Of a stretch of 64,000 nt of DNA, positions 1-8,872 are shown in pieces. The position numbers were made by a program, and so were the translations under genes. How positions within the stretch are numbered: the stretch's first letter is position 1; each line of letters opens with the position of its first letter. The DNA comes from Eubacteriales bacterium (GTDB lineage: Bacteria; Bacillota; Clostridia; Oscillospirales; QAKW01): the NCBI GenBank assembly GCA_045546815.1, contig JAZQDN010000054.1:14801-78800 (forward strand), written 5' to 3'. The notes under the pieces were generated by a model. The model saw nothing but the letters and a program-made list of their open reading frames with translations, did no database searches and was not told the origin of the DNA.

Positions 1-22
1 TCATATTTGCTAAATCACTCAT
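1..22 (-). CDS. 5' end of an unidentified gene running off the left edge (partial, 7 codons visible)
   Basis: ATG at 22..20 on the minus strand (MSDLANM...). GGAG lies 7 nt upstream (33..30), right after the stop of the 27..764 gene. Too short to assign. Confidence 0.3.
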
Positions 23-26
23 TTTC

Positions 27-764
27 TCACTCCTTTACAAGCGAATTCAAGTCCTCAAGAGTGTCCAATTTAGGATTAGCCTCGGAAATGTACTCTTTCA
101 CACTTTCGCAGCTATACCAGCTACCCGAATACTTATGCCTCATGTTTTGAAGAACGCTGGTTACATCGGAAGATTCTCCACTTGTTACAACAACATTAAA
201 ATCCACTGTATCTGTATCTAATTCGCGAAGTTTCTGATAAGCGTTCACCAAAGCTTCACCATTAGTAGAGATAGAACCAGCCTTTTCATCAAAATGGCAA
301 ACAAAAACCAATGAGTACAGACCAAACTGTTCAATGCATTCGTTTAATGTCATACTTTCGACCTTTTCAACATCAACATTTATGTTCATTATGGCCATAA
401 CACTAATTGATGCACTATCAATGTCAAGGCCAAGATAAGACATCAGATATTCACTCATTTTGGCATCGACAATACAATTTTTGTAATCATCCGTACGTTT
501 GCCGGTCTTGCCTTGTTCGTAAACATTAAATACACGACCTTGCTCATCCTTCAGACACAGCGCGTAATTTTGAGTGGCATCTGCAGCAGTTTCATAGAAA
601 ACTTCCTCATATACGCCACCATACTGTGTCACAGCATACTGCATCAGTTCAGATTTGATTTCCTTATCAACAGCACCATATTGGTTTGTATTCATACATC
701 CGCACACTCCTGTAACTGTAACTAAAATCAACAATACAATTGAAATAGCTCTAAATTTTCTCAT
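27..764 (-). CDS. Putative lipoprotein; candidate immunity protein for the adjacent lipase-like effector
   Basis: 245 aa. Signal peptide ends in the lipobox-like VTGVCGC-MN. No catalytic motif recognised. Last visible complete gene of the T7SS operon, directly after the lipase-like gene. Confidence 0.55.
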   Translation of the reverse strand: MRKFRAISIVLLILVTVTGVCGCMNTNQYGAVDKEIKSELMQYAVTQYGGVYEEVFYETAADATQNYALCLKDEQGRVFNVYEQGKTGKRTDDYKNCIVDAKMSEYLMSYLGLDIDSASISVMAIMNINVDVEKVESMTLNECIEQFGLYSLVFVCHFDEKAGSISTNGEALVNAYQKLRELDTDTVDFNVVVTSGESSDVTSVLQNMRHKYSGSWYSCESVKEYISEANPKLDTLEDLNSLVKE

Positions 765-816
765 CTCATTACCTCACAAACTCACTAATTCCGTACATTA
801 CAATATAATATACGAG

Positions 817-2463
817 TTATTGGATCTTGCTCACGAGGTCATTTTCTGCATTCACAAAATCTGTAGCCGTGTCACTCAAATAACTTGCACAGCGGCTCAA
901 ACGCCAACTGTAACCCGTGAGAATATCCGCTTGCATCAAGTCCCAAAGATCAAGTAATCCAACACGCCAATATAACGAGTCAAGTCGCCCGTCTAAATTA
1001 TTGAGTCTTGATTGAACATTTTGAATACGTTGTGCATAGGAATTCAATTTAAACGTATCAACGATTAATTGTGGATTTGCGGCTGCGAAGCGTCCGCCCG
1101 CTGACCAGGATTTAATTTTTGCTTTGATTTTGTTAATGGTTTTATGAATTGTATCTTTTAAATCAGATACCCATTTTTTAATGTTTTCGGCAAGGTTTTT
1201 AATTGTATCAATAATATCATATACCATATCAACTATTTGACCAATTACCACCAGACCACCCACAATAAACGTTGCAAGCGGAATAAGAAGAGATGAAACA
1301 TATATAACGCCAATTAAGCCAAAGATACCGGCTTCGTTATATACGGCATTCAATCCTGAATGTATTAGGTCTTTTAGCATCTCTTGTCCTGCTTCTGTTG
1401 TTAAAAGAGTATCTATTACTAACGGGATTCCATGCGCAAGAAATCCAAAAAACTCTTCAGCTGTCATAAATTTTACATCGCCCGAACCAAATTTGTTCGC
1501 TCCGCCTAAAATGCTTTCTCCGTCTTCATTTTTATAAGGCATCAAATATTCAATAAGGGACATAACAGTTACTGAACAATCTTCTAGATCTTCTTGATTT
1601 AAGTATTGCATTTTCTCCGAAATTGCTTTTGCAAGTTGCCCAATAGAGTCCTGATCTGCCGAAACTATGTATCCGTTTTCATCTCTTGACCAATTCAGAC
1701 CCGCACCATTAAGCATTTCTTTAAGATCGTGATATCCGCCAATATCATTTGCGCCCGGAGTTTCAACAAAGTATGTGTTTTCTTCCGGAATAACCACTAT
1801 TCCCAAATCGTGAACGTAGTCATTCTCGCCGTTAATAGAATACATTTTTTCAAGCTGAGCTTTATAGTATTCTTCTCCATAAGTCTCTATAAAATGATCA
1901 ATTGCTTCTTGCGAAAAACCCTGACCATCAAGAGAATAGCATCTATCTATTAGATAGCCATATTTTGAGTTTAGAGTAACGTACTGCGCTTCGTTACCAC
2001 CCTTGGAGTGACCGGTAACGACTATCTTTCCGGAATCATAAGTTGTCAGATCAAGATTTTCAACAACCTGATCGAAGTAATCATTAGCAGCTCTTTGCAT
2101 TATAGAGCTCTCATTTGCTATGCCGACTCCATTGTCAACCCACTTTCCGTCACCTGTACCACGATATGCAACATAAATATCTCCATTGGTATCCTGAAAG
2201 GCACAAGCAATTACCAGATCACCGGTTTTATCCTTGCCATCACACATACTTTGACTGACAAGCTTCATATCTCCCAGCTGTGGGTTTTTGTTTATAGCCG
2301 TCATAACCGCTTTATAATTATCGGTTTTCTTTATATTGTCAGGCATCTCGTCTAGTATTTTAGACAGTGTTTTATTCTGGTAATTGGAATTCTGCTCATC
2401 CATATAAACATATGTATTTAAAATAGCCGAAATATCTATAGCGGCAGATGTTTCCTGAGTCAT
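817..2463 (-). CDS. Alpha/beta-hydrolase (DUF2974/Mbeg1-like lipase/esterase) with hydrophobic central segment and C-terminal helical domain; candidate T7SS effector
   Basis: ORF track starts at TTG 2469; ATG at 2463 is 2 nt after the upstream stop. Nucleophile elbow VVTGHSKGGNEA (GxSxG, Ser about residue 155) in the N-terminal half. Hydrophobic stretch GIFGLIGVIYVSSLLIPLATFIVGGLVVIGQIV. C-terminal ~130 aa look heptad-like and helical (KNLAENIKKWVSDLKDTIHKTINKIKAKIK...). Confidence 0.6.
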   Translation of the reverse strand: MTQETSAAIDISAILNTYVYMDEQNSNYQNKTLSKILDEMPDNIKKTDNYKAVMTAINKNPQLGDMKLVSQSMCDGKDKTGDLVIACAFQDTNGDIYVAYRGTGDGKWVDNGVGIANESSIMQRAANDYFDQVVENLDLTTYDSGKIVVTGHSKGGNEAQYVTLNSKYGYLIDRCYSLDGQGFSQEAIDHFIETYGEEYYKAQLEKMYSINGENDYVHDLGIVVIPEENTYFVETPGANDIGGYHDLKEMLNGAGLNWSRDENGYIVSADQDSIGQLAKAISEKMQYLNQEDLEDCSVTVMSLIEYLMPYKNEDGESILGGANKFGSGDVKFMTAEEFFGFLAHGIPLVIDTLLTTEAGQEMLKDLIHSGLNAVYNEAGIFGLIGVIYVSSLLIPLATFIVGGLVVIGQIVDMVYDIIDTIKNLAENIKKWVSDLKDTIHKTINKIKAKIKSWSAGGRFAAANPQLIVDTFKLNSYAQRIQNVQSRLNNLDGRLDSLYWRVGLLDLWDLMQADILTGYSWRLSRCASYLSDTATDFVNAENDLVSKIQ

Positions 2464-2465
2464 AA

Positions 2466-3167
2466 TCAATCACCCCAACGAGAAGCAGAAAATTCTTTGT
2501 TATTGCACATTTCAAAAGAAAATACATCACTATATAAATTTTTGAAGGTATAGCCGGATAATCCCTCTGTTTCAAGAGAGTCATACGCACCTGAATTATC
2601 ATCAAAATAAACTGTTGCAGAACAGCAGATTCCTGCAGCTGTTATAGCATCCTCAAGTTCTTTTTCAAAGGAGTCTTTATCCGATACAACACCGTTCAGT
2701 ACAACGGTAAAGCTGATACAGGAGGAGTCACTTGCCGCATACTCTTCAAAAGTAAATAATCCTGTAGGATTAGGACAAGCATATCGATTGATATCATAAA
2801 ATATTAAGTATTCATACAAAGTAACATTATCCAATATACCCTTTATTACCAACTTTGTTTGCTCCGCATATTTAACACCTAAATAATTGTCGGTATAAAT
2901 GTCGCCGTTATCAAAACTGTGCTGTACAAAAATATCCGTATTCGGGTAATTTTTTGAAGAAACAATAATTGTTTTCGTATCTGCACCTGCTCCACCGCCA
3001 AATGGTCTATCATATGTAAAGGAATCGTCAGTATACTTGTCATTCATATACTGAACCATATTATCTGTTATATTTGTCTTGCCATTGTTCTCTGTATGAT
3101 TCCACATACATCCACACGCTCCAATCATCGAAAATATAACCATTAAAAACAAAACTGTTTTTTTCAT
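2466..3167 (-). CDS. Putative lipoprotein; candidate immunity protein
   Basis: ORF track extends to 3248, but MKKTVLFLMVIFSMIGACGC-MW (ATG 3167) gives a clean signal peptide plus lipobox. Shares the (V/A)CGCM junction with the 27..764 lipoprotein. Confidence 0.55.
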   Translation of the reverse strand: MKKTVLFLMVIFSMIGACGCMWNHTENNGKTNITDNMVQYMNDKYTDDSFTYDRPFGGGAGADTKTIIVSSKNYPNTDIFVQHSFDNGDIYTDNYLGVKYAEQTKLVIKGILDNVTLYEYLIFYDINRYACPNPTGLFTFEEYAASDSSCISFTVVLNGVVSDKDSFEKELEDAITAAGICCSATVYFDDNSGAYDSLETEGLSGYTFKNLYSDVFSFEMCNNKEFSASRWGD

Positions 3168-3220
3168 AGTATCACCATATATAAATCCAATTAAGGAATA
3201 GTTTTCAACTTTAAATATGC

Positions 3221-3261
3221 AAAAATCGGGAGTCATCGGGATATCCAATGATTCCCGATTT
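3221..3261 (-). terminator. Hairpin / partial terminator (attenuator-like) after the WXG100 genes
   Basis: Minus-strand RNA reads AAAUCGGGA-N11-UCCCGAU-GAC-UCCCGAUUUUU. One 5' arm (3259..3253) can pair with either of two 3' arms (3241..3235 or 3231..3225); the second arm is followed by a U run. Confidence 0.4.
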
Positions 3262-3281
3262 CTGCTGTGCTTTCATATAGC

Positions 3282-3590
3282 TTATTTAAAAGCGTCAGCA
3301 AGGCCGATGTTCTGAGTTTCAGTATCGAAATAACCCTGCTCAATATTATTTCTGAGGAACTGAACATACTGAGTAATAATATCCTCGTAGTTCTGAAAAT
3401 ATTTGGCTGCAAATTCATCAAAAGAAGAAATAGTAGCCTGAGCAGCTTCGCCTTCCCAAATATTAGCAAGCTGATCAACAGTATTTTTACTGTTTGTAAG
3501 TTCTTCAGTAAGTCTTTTATTCAGATTTTCAATATTAGTGGCAATCTGAGCGACCTGGTCTGTATTAACTCTAATGCTGTTTCCTGCCAT
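3282..3590 (-). CDS. WXG100-family small helical protein (second copy; possible effector adaptor)
   Basis: 102 aa. Central W-x-G (ANIWEGEAA). Helix-turn-helix length typical of WXG100. YFDTE (YxxxE) near the C-terminus. Confidence 0.8.
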   Translation of the reverse strand: MAGNSIRVNTDQVAQIATNIENLNKRLTEELTNSKNTVDQLANIWEGEAAQATISSFDEFAAKYFQNYEDIITQYVQFLRNNIEQGYFDTETQNIGLADAFK

Positions 3591-3612
3591 GAGTTGTTCT
3601 CCTTTCTACTAA

Positions 3613-3918
3613 TTAGTTTACAAGTTTTTTAACCTGGGTAATGTTGTTGTCCTGGCGAGCAACATAGTTTGCTCTCTGCTTTTCAAGAGCCTGGCTTGCA
3701 GTAGAAAGCTTTGCGGCCATAGCCTTGAGTTCTTCGGTGAAACCGTTGATCTGCTCAACAAAAGCAAGATTGTCGGCACCTTCCCAGGCAGAACCCATTG
3801 TGTTGGCTTCCTGCATCAGTTGAGTGTAGATATCGGTGTAGATTTCAGAGATGGCTTGCAATTTCTGAGAAGCCTTCGCCATATCATCAAAAGATGCAAC
3901 GCTAATTGTTTTTCCCAT
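3613..3918 (-). CDS. WXG100-family protein (EsxA-like)
   Basis: 101 aa. W-x-G motif (GSAWEGADN). Located immediately downstream of the esaB-like and essC genes. Confidence 0.85.
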   Translation of the reverse strand: MGKTISVASFDDMAKASQKLQAISEIYTDIYTQLMQEANTMGSAWEGADNLAFVEQINGFTEELKAMAAKLSTASQALEKQRANYVARQDNNITQVKKLVN

Positions 3919-3945
3919 GATTGTTTCTCCTTTCGGTTAATAGTT

Positions 3946-4200
3946 TTATATCAACATAAGTCGCGAACCTGTTTTTATACCGAGCTCGGCAACTTCCATG
4001 TTAACATTATAAATAATTCCACTGTCTGCATTGCAGATGATTGCGTCATCGGTGGCTTTATATTTGCCTGCCGAAAGATCGCTGAGTGCACCGGCGACCA
4101 TTTTCACCACTTCACTCATTTTGCTGTCCAACGGGATATATACATCGTACTTTTGGCCTGCAGCGGGAACAGAAATTTCAACCAATGCTTTATTATTCAT
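3946..4200 (-). CDS. esaB: YukD/EsaB-like ubiquitin-fold T7SS accessory protein
   Basis: 84 aa. Sequence pattern (VEISVPAAGQKYDVYIPLDSKMSEV...GSRLMLI) and position match YukD/EsaB. The start overlaps the essC stop by 8 nt. Confidence 0.7.
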   Translation of the reverse strand: MNNKALVEISVPAAGQKYDVYIPLDSKMSEVVKMVAGALSDLSAGKYKATDDAIICNADSGIIYNVNMEVAELGIKTGSRLMLI

Positions 4201-7200
4201 CGTTTTCGTCCTCCTCTGCTTTATTGTTCAAGAGTTTAAGCTTGACGCACTTACCTTTTATCAAAGAGAAGCCAAATTCAGGCGTTATATCGTCATGCAT
4301 TTCAGACGTTGTCTTATTTGCCTTCATTTGATACTGCTCGGTGATACCGTTACCTATCCAAAGACCGTCAGACGGGGATACGTTTGTTTTATACCATTTT
4401 TCAAAAGAAACAGAAGATATATTTTTAACTTGTTCTGCAATAATAATGTTAATGTTGTATTCTTTTGTTCCTTTTTCAAGAATTAGTGCAAGCTTTTCTT
4501 TTCCCTGGTCTGATAAGGCGGTTCTGAGCATTGAAAGGGAGTTGATAACTACAAGAAGCTGTTCAAAGTCTTCAATCACGGCTCCGCTTTCAAGTGATTC
4601 TTTATAAGTGTTGTTTCTGTAAAGAACCAAATCAAAGAGTTTTGCAATCTGATCTTCACATTCCTTGGAGGCTGTGTAGACGGTCAACGAGCCCGAGGCA
4701 TCAGCGATTACCTTGGGCGTATCGAATATAATACCGTTTGTATTGGTATATGTACCGATAAGGCCGGTCAAATCAGAAATAAATTCCTGATATTCCATTC
4801 CGGCAGACATAACCATATTGATATATGAGTTGTGGAACGGATAAAAATGAACATTTAAAGAATTCTTTTCCACGCCGACCGGAATGCTGAGTGCTTTGTT
4901 GGCGTCAATATAGTCACCAAGAAATTCGGCATCAACCTTATCCGGTAAGATCGGAATTTTCCTTGCTGTCTCGCCCGACCAGCTTTCAGCGAGATCTTTA
5001 CACGTTTGCTGAATAAATGCAAAAGGAACCTCATCATCGGTCAGGGTGGCAAGCTGGAACTCGTAGAGTTCATCACGCTTGACAAGACCGCGACCTTTAT
5101 ATTTAGATGGGAATAAGCCGTCAGTTTTTCCGACAACAGAAGAATAATCTGTTTCGTCATTCAACTGAAGAACGAGCAGCTGTTTAAAGTTTTGCAAGAG
5201 CCTGAAGCGGACAGCGCCGGTACCAAGAGCTGTCAGTACAAAATATAAGCCGTATTTTGTACCCTCGCGAGAAAGATATGAGACTGCTTCTTCCTTTTCC
5301 TCGTACATTTCCGTAAAAGCGGCAAAGTTATTGATTGCAACCACTATAGACGGAAGTGTTTTTCCCGAAGACTTGATATAGGAAGTATAGTTGCCGCCAA
5401 AGTCTGCAAACAGTTTTTTGCGGCGCTCGATTTCGGCTTGCAGCATCTTGAACAGGTTGCTGACTTTCTCGGTCTCGTATGAAAGAATCACATCACCTAC
5501 ATGAGGAGCCTTGGCAAAAGCTCTTAATGTTTCAGACGCAAAATCGAGGATATAAATATTAGCCTCTTCCGGTGTGTGCTCCTTGATAATTGAATAGATC
5601 ATTCCATTCAGGAAGGTGGTTTTGCCGCTTCCTGCCACGCCGTAAATTACGGTGTTTCCCTCCTTTGACAGAGGCAATCTCAAAACGCTTTGTCTTTGAT
5701 GTGCGGGATCGTCAAATTCACCGATTACGGGATTAAGAACAAATCTTTCGCTTGTTGTATTATATTTCTGCTTGATCTGATCTAACAGAATGACAGCAGG
5801 AATCGGATCGAGCCATAGAGGCTTGATTTTTATGCCCTCATCTTCTGCGATGCCTCTTAAATAATCTGTTATAACATCAAGCTGTTTTTTTGCATCCTTT
5901 GTAAGAGAACGCTTTTTATCAATTTTTACTTGCTTGATCGTATGACCGTTTGTATCGATGACAACAACACTGTTATCTTTTTCCTTGACAACACGGTCTG
6001 ACGGGTAATATGATGCTCCGGACCAAGCCGATTGCCCAAGCTCGAAAAGCTCGTTATATCCGACCTGAAGGTAAAAACGGCCGGTGTCGGTGAGCTCGGC
6101 AGCGTCAGCCCTTTTGAGCATATCCATACTATCGGCTCTTTCCTGAACCTTAAGGCACACTCTGAATTTACTGTTACTCCAAATCTGATCATCAACCACA
6201 CCGCTCGGTTTTTGTGTGGCAAGAATCAGGTGGACACCAAGGCTTCGACCTATACGTGCTGCACTGACAAGCTGTGTCATAAATTCGGGTTGTTGTGTTT
6301 TTAATTCCGCAAACTCATCCGAAATAATAAACAGGTGCTGTAGCGGTTCTGATACTGTACCTTCTCTATATAATTTCTGATACTTGTAAATATCAATATT
6401 GCTGACACCGACTTTTTTGCTGGCCTCAGCAAAAATCGCCTGTCTTCTTTTTAACTCACTTTCGATAGACACAAGAGATCTTTTTATTGCCGACCCGTCA
6501 AGGTTAGTAATAATGCCGGCAGTGTGTGGCAATTTTTCAAAAGACTTTGCCATTCCGCCGCCCTTATAGTCAATCAGAATAAACGCGACCTCTTCAGGAT
6601 GATAGTTAACTGCAAGAGACAGGATATAGGTGATTATAAATTCCGATTTACCCGAGCCTGTCATACCTGCAACCAATCCGTGTGGTCCGTGGAATTTTTC
6701 GTGAAGATCGAGCATAAATGTTTCGCCGTAAGTATCCACACCCACAGCAGCTTGAAGCGATTTTGTCGGATCGTTTTCTTTCCAACGTGTCAGCGCATTT
6801 AAGTGTTCAACATTGCCGACTCCAAAAAGCTCCATAAATGTTATCATTCCGGGCAATTGGAATTTTGTTGCTGTTGTATCTAATGATGTGTTTGCCAGAA
6901 TTACGCTAAGATCTGTTGGATTTTGTGAAAGGTTTATATCCGGAGTAAAATCTGTGCTCTTTCCGGAAATATCATTTTTATCAAAAAGCTTACCGCTTTC
7001 ACCGCTAAGTTCAACAACCATCGAACACTCTTTGGGCAGGTTTTTCAGCTCGTTGTAGAATGTAACGATACTCATATGGATATTTTCTTTTTTTGAGAGC
7101 AGCTTTTTGAGCATTTCAGCTCTGGAGGCCAGAGCTTTGCTCATAGAGAAAAAGATATAATACGGCTTTACGTCTTCCATATCTGCATCATTGATCTGAT

Positions 7201-8752
7201 CGCGGTTTTCAATTACACGTTCAAAATATGCGGATAGCTCTTTGACTTCATTGGCATTGGTGGCTATAAATCTGAATTTATTATCATCGCTCCATACGTG
7301 CGGTAACCATTTTACAAAGCCAAACTGATTTTCTTCTTCCTTGTCGAATAAGAATACAAATTTTACTTCGTCGTAACTGTAAAGGGCAGAAAGCTGAATG
7401 ATTAATCCTTTGGCGAACTCGGCAACAATTTTTCTCTCACCAATAACACCGGAAACATGGTTTTCATATAAAGAATATGTAATAGGAATATTATGAAGAG
7501 GCTTTTCTTTTTCACATAACGTATAAAGTTCTTCCTGCAGATTGTCGTCATCAAGAGAAAATTTGCGTTCAGAATAGCTTATTTCTGCATCAAGCACGCC
7601 TTCTCCTTTACCAATACGAACACGAAGAAAATCGTTCTGCCCAATGCCGCGTTCCCAAAGATTTCGTTGGGTATCCCTAATTCTTTGCTCACACTCTTGA
7701 ATAGTTACGTGGTTTTCATTCAGAATCTCTTCCTGAAGCTGACAGGCCTCGTTTATCTGTACAGTAATTTTATCAAGATACTCTCTGTATTTTTTTTGAC
7801 GGAGAGCCTCTTTTTTACGTCGGTGATTTTTCTCATAACTTTTTGTGATTGTAGGAAGAAGTACAGTTCCTAACAGCATACTTCCACCCATAACCATAGA
7901 GGTTACGTTAGCCGTTGCTATTGCAGATACAAGTGTAACCAACGACATCATAACCATCGCCATAGAAGATCCCATGACAAGCAGCCATGGCATTTCTTCA
8001 GTTATCGGGCTGGTTGGCGGAGAATCTATTTTAAATGTTGCGGTCTCAACATCTCTTTTAAATCGTGGAGAACGGTAGAAGTACTCTTTATCGGGCAGCT
8101 CATATTCATCTTCGTCATCAACGGGAGCAACCGGTTGACTGATAAAATCTCTCAGCTTTGGAGAAAGTCTGACCTGACCGTCCGGATTGTTGAAGGCAAC
8201 GATGTTTTTGCCGACAATAAATCTAAGGCCCATAATAAACACTGTGTCGCCGACCTTCAGATCGGTTTTGGCAATGCGTTTTCCGTTTACAAAGGTGCCG
8301 TTAGTACTGTTTGTATCCAGGATAGACCATTTACCGCCTTTAAAGGAAAGGACAGCGTGGCTGGACGAAACTACTCTGTTATGGTAACAGACATCATTTT
8401 GCTCTGAACGTCCTATTGTCAGATCAATGTCTTCTTTAACAAGATATTTTGTAAAGATTTGACGATCTTCAGTGATCGGCTCTGTAAAAATAAAAACCTT
8501 TTCTCCGTTTGGTTTCCCGAGAACATATATACTTTGTGGTGAAAAAATGGTATTTTTAATTATATTGTTGCGATTATCAAGAATTTTGATCTGGCGAGTT
8601 GATTTCATAATCCACTCGTTGTTTACGCCTTCTATATTAACTAACCGCTCATCACCGGAATCGGATGTTTCGTAAAGCCAGAATTGACCTTTTACTTTTT
8701 CCGGCAACGATATACTGTTTATGTGGGTTTTACTTATTACAGTAACGATCAT
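4193..8752 (-). CDS. essC: Type VII secretion FtsK/SpoIIIE-family ATPase EssC
   Basis: 1519 aa. N-terminal FHA-like region (TIGRSEQNDVCYHNRVVSSSHAVLSF...STNGTFVNG). Hydrophobic TM pair (PWLLVMGSSMAMVMMSLVTLV...MLLGTVLLP). Repeated P-loop ATPase domains follow, with Walker A GMTGSGKSE and GVAGSGKTT. Confidence 0.9.
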   Translation of the reverse strand: MIVTVISKTHINSISLPEKVKGQFWLYETSDSGDERLVNIEGVNNEWIMKSTRQIKILDNRNNIIKNTIFSPQSIYVLGKPNGEKVFIFTEPITEDRQIFTKYLVKEDIDLTIGRSEQNDVCYHNRVVSSSHAVLSFKGGKWSILDTNSTNGTFVNGKRIAKTDLKVGDTVFIMGLRFIVGKNIVAFNNPDGQVRLSPKLRDFISQPVAPVDDEDEYELPDKEYFYRSPRFKRDVETATFKIDSPPTSPITEEMPWLLVMGSSMAMVMMSLVTLVSAIATANVTSMVMGGSMLLGTVLLPTITKSYEKNHRRKKEALRQKKYREYLDKITVQINEACQLQEEILNENHVTIQECEQRIRDTQRNLWERGIGQNDFLRVRIGKGEGVLDAEISYSERKFSLDDDNLQEELYTLCEKEKPLHNIPITYSLYENHVSGVIGERKIVAEFAKGLIIQLSALYSYDEVKFVFLFDKEEENQFGFVKWLPHVWSDDNKFRFIATNANEVKELSAYFERVIENRDQINDADMEDVKPYYIFFSMSKALASRAEMLKKLLSKKENIHMSIVTFYNELKNLPKECSMVVELSGESGKLFDKNDISGKSTDFTPDINLSQNPTDLSVILANTSLDTTATKFQLPGMITFMELFGVGNVEHLNALTRWKENDPTKSLQAAVGVDTYGETFMLDLHEKFHGPHGLVAGMTGSGKSEFIITYILSLAVNYHPEEVAFILIDYKGGGMAKSFEKLPHTAGIITNLDGSAIKRSLVSIESELKRRQAIFAEASKKVGVSNIDIYKYQKLYREGTVSEPLQHLFIISDEFAELKTQQPEFMTQLVSAARIGRSLGVHLILATQKPSGVVDDQIWSNSKFRVCLKVQERADSMDMLKRADAAELTDTGRFYLQVGYNELFELGQSAWSGASYYPSDRVVKEKDNSVVVIDTNGHTIKQVKIDKKRSLTKDAKKQLDVITDYLRGIAEDEGIKIKPLWLDPIPAVILLDQIKQKYNTTSERFVLNPVIGEFDDPAHQRQSVLRLPLSKEGNTVIYGVAGSGKTTFLNGMIYSIIKEHTPEEANIYILDFASETLRAFAKAPHVGDVILSYETEKVSNLFKMLQAEIERRKKLFADFGGNYTSYIKSSGKTLPSIVVAINNFAAFTEMYEEKEEAVSYLSREGTKYGLYFVLTALGTGAVRFRLLQNFKQLLVLQLNDETDYSSVVGKTDGLFPSKYKGRGLVKRDELYEFQLATLTDDEVPFAFIQQTCKDLAESWSGETARKIPILPDKVDAEFLGDYIDANKALSIPVGVEKNSLNVHFYPFHNSYINMVMSAGMEYQEFISDLTGLIGTYTNTNGIIFDTPKVIADASGSLTVYTASKECEDQIAKLFDLVLYRNNTYKESLESGAVIEDFEQLLVVINSLSMLRTALSDQGKEKLALILEKGTKEYNINIIIAEQVKNISSVSFEKWYKTNVSPSDGLWIGNGITEQYQMKANKTTSEMHDDITPEFGFSLIKGKCVKLKLLNNKAEEDENDE

Positions 8753-8872
8753 ATGTGTGTCGTCCCTTTCAATGTGGTTATTGGCATTTGCTTCTTAATA
8801 AAAAATTGTGACATTAAGTAGTAAAAAAACGTCTTGTTAGTGAATACTACAAAAGAGTATATATTCTTACAA

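Noticed and set aside
2466-3248. The longer ORF-track version of the lipoprotein gene (start 3248, MDIPMTPDFC...).
   Set aside because: The extra 27 codons cover the hairpin/attenuator sequence and would bury the signal peptide. ATG 3167 gives a canonical MKK...lipobox N-terminus.
4031-8675. Numerous 60-150-aa plus-strand ORFs in the track inside essC (for example 4031..4486, 6032..6304, 7845..8078, 8135..8407).
   Set aside because: All are nested antisense within a 1519-aa ORF that has clear FHA and P-loop motifs. They have low-complexity, Ile/Phe/Ser-rich compositions typical of the reverse frames of AT-rich genes, and none has a convincing RBS.
4193-8752. Concluding that the T7SS is non-functional because essB, esaA and essA are missing.
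   Set aside because: The locus runs off the left edge of the window (a further gene starts at 22..1), and core genes can be unlinked. Absence cannot be established from this window.
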